DNA of 61,723 bases from the IMG/VR virus record IMGVR_UViG_3300043472_000004, positions 1 through 61,723 of that record. One strand, written 5' to 3'. The DNA comes from a virus. Its lineage: Duplodnaviria; Caudoviricetes. The translations under genes and the position numbers were made by a program. Under the pieces are notes generated by a model that worked only from the letters and a program-made list of their open reading frames with translations, did no database searches and had not been told where the DNA came from. Shown here piece after piece: positions 15,844-23,123 of the stretch (its first letter is position 1; each line of letters begins with the position of its first letter).

Positions 15844-16746
15844 ATGGGATTCAGTAAGTACACACAGCGCACGATCAATACACCCTACAAGAGTAGCCGC
15901 AATGGCACGAAGGTAACGACTATCGTCCTTCATCACATGGCGAGTACGTCTCTTGATGGCGTGCTGAGTATGTGGATTAACGCGACTCGACAGGGCTCGG
16001 CAAACTATGCCATTGGTAATGAGGGTCAGATTATCGGTGCTGTTGATGAGGACCTACGTTCGTGGTCACTAGCTAATGCGGCTTTTGATTCGAAGAGTAT
16101 TACATTTGAAATCGAGAACGAAGCACTTGGAGGCTCGTGGCCCGTTTCTTCCGCCGCTCATGAGGCTACAGCAAAGGTTGTGGCTGATATTTGCCAGCGC
16201 TACGGGATTGCCATTAATCGTACGAACATTCTCGGGCACCGTGAGGTATACTCTAGGTATGGAGTGGGTTATTCAACCGCTTGCCCCGGTGGATTGAATA
16301 TGGACTGGATCGTAAATCGAGCCAATCAGATCGCTTCAGGAACAGCAGCACCAACACCAACACAGGAAACGGATTTTGATATGCCCCAGAACTGGAACAA
16401 CAACGGAACCATCGTCACCATCGGTGAGACGTTCGCAATCGTGTGGACCAGTGTCACTGACTTTAACTACCTCACAAATATGGCAGCGTGGGGTGCTCCA
16501 ATTTCTAAGAACCTGACTGGTGACCAGCTTACGACTATCGTCAACGCGGCTAACGCTCGTGGAGCAGCTTATGCAAAGGTTTCAGCTAGTGCCACTAGTG
16601 ACCCTAAGGCTATCGCAGATGCGCTTCTACCGGGTATCACCGCTGCTATTGCTGCTTCTGGCGGCACGGAGCTAACTGCGCAGCAGGTTAGTGATGCGGC
16701 AGAGCTCGCAGTTCGTAAGGTTCTTGCGGACGCTGCTACTAAATAA
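15844..16746 (+). CDS. Endolysin, N-acetylmuramoyl-L-alanine amidase (Amidase_2-like)
   Basis: IVLHHMAS...SANYAIG...SITFEIEN...ILGHRE...TACPG. Confidence 0.92.
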   Translation: MGFSKYTQRTINTPYKSSRNGTKVTTIVLHHMASTSLDGVLSMWINATRQGSANYAIGNEGQIIGAVDEDLRSWSLANAAFDSKSITFEIENEALGGSWPVSSAAHEATAKVVADICQRYGIAINRTNILGHREVYSRYGVGYSTACPGGLNMDWIVNRANQIASGTAAPTPTQETDFDMPQNWNNNGTIVTIGETFAIVWTSVTDFNYLTNMAAWGAPISKNLTGDQLTTIVNAANARGAAYAKVSASATSDPKAIADALLPGITAAIAASGGTELTAQQVSDAAELAVRKVLADAATK

Positions 16747-16749
16747 CTA

Positions 16750-16818
16750 GCGGTGTAACGGATTGGCAGAAGTCCCCTAAACTGAACGCCGGGAGTTCGA
16801 ATCTCCCACATCGCTCCA
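16750..16818 (+). tRNA. Degenerate tRNA-like gene; best anticodon CCT (Arg), CTA in a shifted register
   Basis: Good acceptor stem, T arm GGGAG-ttcgaat-CTCCC and encoded CCA; weak D arm; 3-bp anticodon stem AGT-cccctaa-ACT. Confidence 0.55.
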
Positions 16819-16832
16819 TCGTAAGGAGCATT

Positions 16833-17372
16833 ATGGATGAGAGCAGTATCCCGGTAAAGGACCCCACTGCCAACGTTCTCGATCTTGTTAATGCCGCAAT
16901 CCGTCGTCAGGACGATCTTCGAGAGCAGTCCGAGCGCTATCTTCTCATGATCAGCAATGTCAACATGGCTCATGAGAAGGAGCTACGGGAGAAGGAAGCG
17001 GAGCGCATCAATGCTATTCGTGCAGTTGATGTAGCTGCCGTTCAGCGCGCGGCTGAAGTAGCGGACGTGAAGGCAACGGCACTTGCGAATCAGGTCGTCG
17101 TTTCTGCTGAAGCACTAAGGACTCAGGTAGCGGCGACAGCATCAGCACAGACCATTGCTCTGTCAGCAGCACTAGAGCCGGTACAGAAGGATATTGCGGA
17201 TTTGCGCCGCGTGCAGTACGAGGGTGTGGGATCGAAGACTCAGATTGTCGAATCCACTTCACAGTCGGGTAGCCGTGGGATGTGGATTGGTGTCGCCGTA
17301 GCGGTTGCTGGCGTAGGACTCTCGTTTATCAGTGTTATTGGTGCCGTGCTGTTCGCTGTATTTAGGCCGTAA
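16833..17372 (+). CDS. Coiled-coil protein with a C-terminal transmembrane helix (possible lysis accessory)
   Basis: Hydrophobic C-terminus WIGVAVAVAGVGLSFISVIGAVLFAVF; follows the endolysin. Confidence 0.7.
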   Translation: MDESSIPVKDPTANVLDLVNAAIRRQDDLREQSERYLLMISNVNMAHEKELREKEAERINAIRAVDVAAVQRAAEVADVKATALANQVVVSAEALRTQVAATASAQTIALSAALEPVQKDIADLRRVQYEGVGSKTQIVESTSQSGSRGMWIGVAVAVAGVGLSFISVIGAVLFAVFRP

Positions 17373-17374
17373 TT

Positions 17375-17445
17375 GGGTTGTGAAGCTGATGGTAAGCTAG
17401 CGGGCTTTTACCCCGTGAACGCGGGTTCGACTCCTGCACAGCCCA
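17375..17445 (+). tRNA. tRNA-Lys(TTT)
   Basis: GCGGG-cttttac-CCCGT; T loop TTCGACT. Confidence 0.85.
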
Positions 17446-17446
17446 C

Positions 17447-17475
17447 TTGACACGCGCTGTTTGGTGTGCTATTAT
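17447..17475 (+). promoter_or_regulatory. SigA-type promoter
   Basis: TTGACA-17nt-TATTAT. Confidence 0.75.
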
Positions 17476-17543
17476 AGTAGTTACCTACTTGACGGGTAAC
17501 CCCGTGGCTCGCTCGCTACTCCACGTTAAAAACGTAGCGACTT

Positions 17544-17612
17544 GGTTCTCGCGCTGGGCCGCAGTTTTCCTCTACACGGAAGACGGGCAGAGTTCAATCC
17601 TCTGGGGAACTA
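17544..17612 (+). tRNA. tRNA-Val(TAC), reduced D arm
   Basis: TTTCC-tctacac-GGAAG (C33). Confidence 0.75.
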
Positions 17613-17613
17613 C

Positions 17614-17699
17614 GGATGATCCAGCCGATAGGTGGCGGCGGCAACTGTTTAGAAAACAGCCTGCGGAAACGCGTGGGAGTTCGACCCTCTCATCATCCG
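17614..17699 (+). tRNA. tRNA-Ser(AGA)
   Basis: CTGT-ttagaaa-ACAG; long variable arm GCG-gaaa-CGC; discriminator G. Confidence 0.8.
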
Positions 17700-17704
17700 C
17701 ACAA

Positions 17705-17787
17705 GGATTGCAAACCGATCAGGGATCGGAACTGGGTGCTAACCAGTATGGACCGCAAGGTCTGGGGTTCGAGTCTCGACGGATCTA
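17705..17787 (+). tRNA. tRNA-Ser(GCT), weak acceptor stem
   Basis: ACTGG-gtgctaa-CCAGT; variable arm GACC-gcaa-GGTC. Confidence 0.65.
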
Positions 17788-17805
17788 CTGTTACAATTGA
17801 ATATT

Positions 17806-17876
17806 GCCTTATTAGTGTAGAAGTAACATGACTGTCTTCCAAACAGTTGTCGCGGTGGCAGAATCCGCATAGGGCT
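17806..17876 (+). tRNA. tRNA-Gly(TCC), atypical T loop
   Basis: ACTGT-cttccaa-ACAGT; T loop GGCAGAA; discriminator U. Confidence 0.78.
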
Positions 17877-17881
17877 CGTAT

Positions 17882-17954
17882 TGGCTATTAGCTCCAATGG
17901 CAGAGCAGGATGCTGTTAACATCACGGTTGTTGGTTCGAGTCCAGCATAGCCAG
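17882..17954 (+). tRNA. tRNA-Asn(GTT)
   Basis: GATG-ctgttaa-CATC; discriminator G. Confidence 0.88.
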
Positions 17955-17973
17955 CCTTTATAACTGAATACAT

Positions 17974-18049
17974 GGGTTTGTAGCTCCAATGGTAGAGCAG
18001 CGCTTTTGCAAGGCGACGGCTGTCGGTTCGAATCCGACCCTAGCAACCA
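17974..18049 (+). pseudogene. tRNA-Ala(TGC)-like gene with an unpaired acceptor stem
   Basis: Canonical D, anticodon and T arms and ACCA end, but GGGTTTG cannot pair with CCTAGCA. Confidence 0.6.
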
Positions 18050-18054
18050 TTGCT

Positions 18055-18091
18055 CCCCACTGTCCTCACGGATTAGTGGGGCTTTTTCTTT
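18055..18091 (+). terminator. Intrinsic terminator ending the tRNA cluster
   Basis: CCCCACT...AGTGGGG followed by TTTTTCTTT. Confidence 0.8.
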
Positions 18092-18134
18092 GCCCGCACA
18101 ATGTTAAACTCGTAGAGACTACCCTAGGAGAAAC

Positions 18135-18566
18135 ATGACCAACGCACTATTCGATCCGGGTCGCGAAGGATTCCTTGACGGGACAATCCGATGGGACGGA
18201 ACTGCGGTTATTAAGGTAGCGCTTGTACGCGCATATACCTTCTCAGCCGCTCATAAGTTTGTGTCTGACGTGACTACCGCCTCCGGCGTCTTGCATGTAA
18301 CTTCATCTGCTCTCGCTTCTCAAACAGCGACCAGCGGCGTTGCAGACGCAGCGGATAAGACATACACGGCCGTTACATCAAACGCCTCTAACCATTCGCT
18401 TTTGATCTTTCAGGCATCTGCTGTCACTGGTGGTGCTGACGTTGCGGCAACTGCACAGAGGCTCATTGCGTGGATCGACACGGGCACCAATCTACCCATC
18501 GTGCCAAACGGCGGCGACGTAACAGTCGCATGGGATAACGGCGCAAACAAAATCTTCAAGCTTTAG
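18135..18566 (+). CDS. Putative virion-associated protein
   Basis: MTNALFD.GRE.FL...LP..PNGGDVTVAW..GANKIFKL, a recurrent phage structural-accessory pattern. Confidence 0.7.
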   Translation: MTNALFDPGREGFLDGTIRWDGTAVIKVALVRAYTFSAAHKFVSDVTTASGVLHVTSSALASQTATSGVADAADKTYTAVTSNASNHSLLIFQASAVTGGADVAATAQRLIAWIDTGTNLPIVPNGGDVTVAWDNGANKIFKL

Positions 18567-18576
18567 GAGTAAACTC

Positions 18577-19602
18577 TTGGCTATCTTCAACCTTGTTACC
18601 GCTGCGGAGCTCGTTGCTGCGCGCGCCGCCCTCCAGTCTCAGATCGATGTACTCAAGACTAATCTAGCCACCCAGACGGCTCGAACAGATGCATTGATTG
18701 TTAAGGTAGACGCGCTGGCAAAGCCCGTACCCACTCCGGTCCCAGTACCAGACCCGGTTCCTACACCTACGCCGGTACCAGACCCTACACCAGTTCCGGA
18801 CCCAGCACCAACGCCCACTCCTACTCCAACCCCAACTCCTACGCCCACACCTTCTACGGGCTACCCTGACGCCACCAACACGGGTGCTCGCGGTACACAG
18901 GCTCTCTACACTGGACCATGGAATGTTACGGGCGATAACGTAATACTAGAGAACCTTGTATTCGGTAATGGAGACTTGGTTGTTTCTGGTGCGAACGTTA
19001 TTATTCGCAACTGTAAGTTCACATCTACGACATACTGGCCTCTCCGAATCACTGGACGAGCAGGAGCTCCGGGACTCGTTACGAACTGTACGTTTACTAC
19101 AGGACCTAGCTCTCAGTGCTCAGTTGAAGTATCGAATGCTAACATCAGGAACTGTGATGTTTCTGGCTCTCCCGATGGAATCCGAGGGTCTGACAATTCC
19201 GGAGCATTCGACAACTACGTGCATAATCTCTACGTGAGCTCTAGCACGCACAACGATGGCATCGATTTCGAGGGCAACAGCAACATGACCGTAAAGCACA
19301 ACACGGTCGAAGTTAATGCTGGGCAGACCTCGTGTGTCACGATTACTCGCTGGGGCGGTGTCACCGGAACGTTCAACAACGTGCTCGTTGAAGACAACCT
19401 TCTCGCGGGTGCCGGATACTGCATCTATGGTCCCGGTGGCAACAATGGTCCGGTTACCAACACGCGGGTTATCAACAACAAGTTCTCCAAGAAGTTCTAC
19501 CCTAAGTATGGTTACTGGGGCTGGATCGCTTACGAGCCTCCTGCCGGAACGGGTAACGTTATCTCGGGCAACGTCGACTACACAACAGGTGCAGCACTCT
19601 AG
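18577..19602 (+). CDS. Coiled-coil + Pro/Thr linker + right-handed beta-helix protein (possible polysaccharide-binding or depolymerase)
   Basis: (PT/PV)n linker; YPDATNTG; Asn-ladder repeats; HNDG motif. Confidence 0.7.
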   Translation: MAIFNLVTAAELVAARAALQSQIDVLKTNLATQTARTDALIVKVDALAKPVPTPVPVPDPVPTPTPVPDPTPVPDPAPTPTPTPTPTPTPTPSTGYPDATNTGARGTQALYTGPWNVTGDNVILENLVFGNGDLVVSGANVIIRNCKFTSTTYWPLRITGRAGAPGLVTNCTFTTGPSSQCSVEVSNANIRNCDVSGSPDGIRGSDNSGAFDNYVHNLYVSSSTHNDGIDFEGNSNMTVKHNTVEVNAGQTSCVTITRWGGVTGTFNNVLVEDNLLAGAGYCIYGPGGNNGPVTNTRVINNKFSKKFYPKYGYWGWIAYEPPAGTGNVISGNVDYTTGAAL

Positions 19603-19615
19603 CTAAAGGAACAGT

Positions 19616-20278
19616 ATGGCTGATAGTAGCGTAGCCGTCACCCCCGGTAGCGGAGCAAATATTGATACGATCACCGCGCCCAATGGTGATCACCGCCAAG
19701 TAGTTATCTCGGATAACAAGGGTGGATACTCTGGGCACGTTTCAACGTTTCGCACTCCGGGTCGCGCTGGAACAGCAGGTCAGAAGATTTTCTCAATTCA
19801 CAACGCGACAGGTTCAACCATTGCTGTTGATATTCATAAGCTTATTGTCGGTCACAGTCAAACGGTCGTTACCGCAGTTACTGTTATCCCCCCCATCATC
19901 CGACTCTGGAAAGTAACCGTCCTACCAACTAACGGCACCGCACTGACTAAGGTGGCTGACGATACCGGTGGAACGGCAACCTCATCCTCTGTCACCGTGC
20001 TGGGAGATGCTAGCGCTGACGGTACTGGATCGGGTACAACTCTAACCGCTACACTGCCTGCCGGAACGATTGTGGCAGAAGCCTTTGCCCCTCTACTCGT
20101 CACCGCCGTGGGTCAGGTTGCATCTAATCAGGTTGCATTCCTTACAGATTCCTTGGAGACAATTACTCTACGAGCTCTAGAGGGCTTGGTAGTATTTCTC
20201 GACTACACAAACGCATCCGCCAACGCGACTACAGACTCGTGGACCGTCAACTGCGCCTGGGAAGAGTACCTACCTTAG
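19616..20278 (+). CDS. Putative virion-associated beta-rich protein
   Basis: V.VTPGSGANI...HRQVV start; T/G/A-rich. Confidence 0.65.
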   Translation: MADSSVAVTPGSGANIDTITAPNGDHRQVVISDNKGGYSGHVSTFRTPGRAGTAGQKIFSIHNATGSTIAVDIHKLIVGHSQTVVTAVTVIPPIIRLWKVTVLPTNGTALTKVADDTGGTATSSSVTVLGDASADGTGSGTTLTATLPAGTIVAEAFAPLLVTAVGQVASNQVAFLTDSLETITLRALEGLVVFLDYTNASANATTDSWTVNCAWEEYLP

Positions 20279-20323
20279 TCTCGTAGACTAATGCTAGTTT
20301 CCTAATCCGTAAGGCGGTGGACC

Positions 20324-22291
20324 GTGGCTCAGTACCTCAATAGGGTAGTAATTGCGGCACCCCGCAACGCTTCAACAAGTCATACAGTAGACCCTAACGG
20401 TGGCGTTGTTGTCTCCGGTGCTAACTTTGTCCCTACTGCCGGACGCTTTCTCTTCGTTGTTGCATACGGCGCTGTAACTTCTACTACACCCGCGGGCTGG
20501 ACGCTACCGACTAACGGTTCTGCCATCAATATCGGTGGACTCTATATCTGGTATCGAACTGCTGCCGGTTCTGATACCTTCACGACGACAGCCAATGGCT
20601 CTAACTATCCATTGGTATTTGAGATTTTCGAGTACCCAGCCGGTACTACATTTGTCAAGGCGTCAACAGCGACGGCGGTTGCGGTAGCCGCAGCCAACCC
20701 TGCAATCACGGCACTAACGGGTACTAACGTTTTGTTCGGCGCTGTAGGTATTGTTCTGCCTACCGGTGTTACTTACACTGGCGTAACATGGAGCGGTACT
20801 CCAACTCCTACCGAGCTCACGGATACTTCTGTAGTATTCTCTTCGACAGATGGTTACGGTTACTCTCTCGGATTTGGTGACCAGTCTGCTGTTACCTCGT
20901 TCACGCCAACAGGAAACCTTACCTACTCGGGCGGTGGGTCTAAAGAGACTCTGACGTGGGCGCTTAATGCACCGGCAGCGGCTTCTACTACTGCATCCCC
21001 ATCGGGCATTGGTGCTTCTTCTCTCGGCTTCTTCCGAGGTATGCTGGCACTGAGCCTTGCTATTGACGCCTTTGGTAATCCAGCCGTCAGCGGTGCCCTA
21101 GCCACTTCCCCCACGGGCATTGCCAGCGCTGAGGCGTTTGGTACAGTCGCCGTAAGTGGTGCTCTCACTGTATCTCCTACGGGTATCGCCACAGCAGAGA
21201 CGTTTGGTACTCCCGCTATCACGATGGCTGGTGGACCGGTAGTCCCTACTGGTATTGCCAGCGCTGAGGCGTTTGGAACTACCGTTGTTAGCGGAGCGCT
21301 TACCGTCTCACCTACGGGCATTGCTTCTTCTGAATCGTTCGGTACTGCTGTAATTAGTACGCCACTCACTGCGTCTCCAACTGGTATTGCATCTGCTGAA
21401 GCTTCCGGTGTACCCACAGTAACCAATCTGCTTACCGTATCTCCCACTGGAATCGCTAGCGCTGGTGCATTCGGCACGACGGTAGTATCACAGCTACTCA
21501 CAGTATCTCCGACCGGCATTTCTAGCTCTGAAACCTTTGGTAGCACTACCGTTACCCTGACGTTGACGGTATCTCCTACTGGCATTGCAACAGGTGGCGC
21601 GTTCGGCGTTCCCGTTGTTACGGCTACTCTTACGAGCTCGCCAACCGGTATTGCTAGTAGTGAGGCGTTCGGAACTCCCGTAGTCACGCTGGGTGTTCTA
21701 ACCGTTTCCCCTAGTGGAATCGCTAGCGGTGAGACGTTTGGTGTTCCAACCATTGTTACTGCTGGTATCGTCACGCCGACTGGCATTGCGTCTGCTGCTG
21801 CGTTTGGTACTCTCGTTATCAGCGGTGCCCTAGCCACTTCCCCCACGGGCATTGCCAGCGCTGAGGCGTTTGGTACTCCGGTAGTCAGTGGCGCTCTCAC
21901 CGTTTCTCCGGGTGGGATTACTGGTGCCGAAGCATTTGGTACTCCTACCGTAACCGGGGCGCTCACTGTATCCCCAAGTGGTATTGCGTCCGGTGGGGCA
22001 ATGGGCACGCCAACGGTGACCTTCCTGCTTATCGTCACACCAAATGGCACAAGTTCAGTAGAAGCGTTCGGCGTACCAACCGTAGCGACAACACTCACGA
22101 GCTCCCCTGATGGAATTGCTTCAGCAGGGCTGCTAGGTGTTCCAACTATCACTATGGGACCGTTGCAGGGTGCGATTAAGACTGGTGCGTCGCTCTACAT
22201 TGCCGATACAACTGCTACGCTATACTTGAATAAGGATGTCGCTGACTTGCACATCGATAACTACACGAGCACGATTGAGGCACTGTCATGA
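20324..22291 (+). CDS. Fibre-like protein with about 17 tandem 22-aa repeats
   Basis: Repeat consensus TVSPTGIASAEAFGTPVVSGAL. Confidence 0.8.
   Translation: MAQYLNRVVIAAPRNASTSHTVDPNGGVVVSGANFVPTAGRFLFVVAYGAVTSTTPAGWTLPTNGSAINIGGLYIWYRTAAGSDTFTTTANGSNYPLVFEIFEYPAGTTFVKASTATAVAVAAANPAITALTGTNVLFGAVGIVLPTGVTYTGVTWSGTPTPTELTDTSVVFSSTDGYGYSLGFGDQSAVTSFTPTGNLTYSGGGSKETLTWALNAPAAASTTASPSGIGASSLGFFRGMLALSLAIDAFGNPAVSGALATSPTGIASAEAFGTVAVSGALTVSPTGIATAETFGTPAITMAGGPVVPTGIASAEAFGTTVVSGALTVSPTGIASSESFGTAVISTPLTASPTGIASAEASGVPTVTNLLTVSPTGIASAGAFGTTVVSQLLTVSPTGISSSETFGSTTVTLTLTVSPTGIATGGAFGVPVVTATLTSSPTGIASSEAFGTPVVTLGVLTVSPSGIASGETFGVPTIVTAGIVTPTGIASAAAFGTLVISGALATSPTGIASAEAFGTPVVSGALTVSPGGITGAEAFGTPTVTGALTVSPSGIASGGAMGTPTVTFLLIVTPNGTSSVEAFGVPTVATTLTSSPDGIASAGLLGVPTITMGPLQGAIKTGASLYIADTTATLYLNKDVADLHIDNYTSTIEALS
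21087..21876 (+). repeat. 58-bp identical direct repeat (21087-21144 and 21819-21876) inside the repeat protein gene
   Basis: TCAGCGGTGCCCTAGCCACTTCCCCCACGGGCATTGCCAGCGCTGAGGCGTTTGGTAC occurs twice. Confidence 0.9.
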
Positions 22292-22569
22292 AGGATGTAA
22301 CACTACAGCGTGAAGCCAATCGTTTCGTTGCCATCCGCGCCTTCAAGAATGGTGTAGCTGCCGTCGCCCAGCAGTATGCTGTTGTCGCTTCGACCATTCG
22401 TCCTGACGCTATTCCAGACTCCGCATGGACCGCTGTGGTTACTCAAGGACCAGACGTGGGATTCCGCCAGCTTCCTACCCTCGTGCCGGGTGTTTATTCT
22501 ATCTACGCCAAGTGGGTTGACGGTTCTGATACGCCCGTCGAGAAGGCCGGTAACCTCACCGTTATCTAG
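22288..22569 (+). CDS. Hypothetical (virion-associated) protein
   Basis: ATGA overlap; L.PG.Y.IYAK..D..DTPV..AG.LTV pattern. Confidence 0.65.
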   Translation: MKDVTLQREANRFVAIRAFKNGVAAVAQQYAVVASTIRPDAIPDSAWTAVVTQGPDVGFRQLPTLVPGVYSIYAKWVDGSDTPVEKAGNLTVI

Positions 22570-22586
22570 GGTATAGACTTGTCAGT

Positions 22587-23123
22587 ATGACAGGGACAGA
22601 GCTAGAACCGATTGAGAAGCCGAGCATCAGTATTCAGATGCTGCTCGACTGGGCAGACTATAGCCCGAATGAGATTTCCAAGAAAACCGGCTTCGCTCCT
22701 ATCGAGGTTGCTCGTCGCCTCATTGACTTCCTAGACGATAGTGATGGCTGGCTGACTCTACGCCAAAAGGAACTTGTCCTTATCCACCAGATGCAGGAAG
22801 TTCTCCGCGACGCGCGCAAGCGTCTCCCTCATGCGAGTGACGAAGATTACGCTCCTATTCTGAACGCCGTCGTGCGTGGCATGAAGACTATTGGTGAGCG
22901 CTTCGATGCGATGCGTAAAGCTATCGAGATTGACATCAACGAGATTACCCGAGCGCAGTCTCGCATCTATGGGCAGTCTTTCGATCATGCGTGGGATGTC
23001 GGTATTGAACTCCTGATGGAGAATCACCCCGATATTACGGACGATGAGATTCGTGCCGCTAAGAAAGCCGGAATGCTCGCTGCCAAGAAGAGGCTAGAAG
23101 AGTCGGTGTCCAGTGACGGATAA
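22587..23123 (+). CDS. Putative terminase small subunit
   Basis: HTH-like N-terminus, helical, immediately upstream of and overlapping terL. Confidence 0.55.
   Translation: MTGTELEPIEKPSISIQMLLDWADYSPNEISKKTGFAPIEVARRLIDFLDDSDGWLTLRQKELVLIHQMQEVLRDARKRLPHASDEDYAPILNAVVRGMKTIGERFDAMRKAIEIDINEITRAQSRIYGQSFDHAWDVGIELLMENHPDITDDEIRAAKKAGMLAAKKRLEESVSSDG

Noticed and set aside
16750-16818. Amber-recoded genome with a suppressor tRNA
   Set aside because: TAG ends full-length genes (e.g. 19602, 20278, 24870, 31795) and core genes are not fragmented; the CTA register breaks the anticodon stem
20923-22152. 409-aa antisense ORF, and other long shadow ORFs such as 52051-52941 and 24954-25607
   Set aside because: They mirror codon-biased real genes on the opposite strand and have no SD or motifs
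20980-22160. CRISPR array or DGR template/variable repeats
   Set aside because: The repeats are degenerate in-frame codon repeats with no unique spacers; there is no reverse transcriptase and no adenine-specific variation
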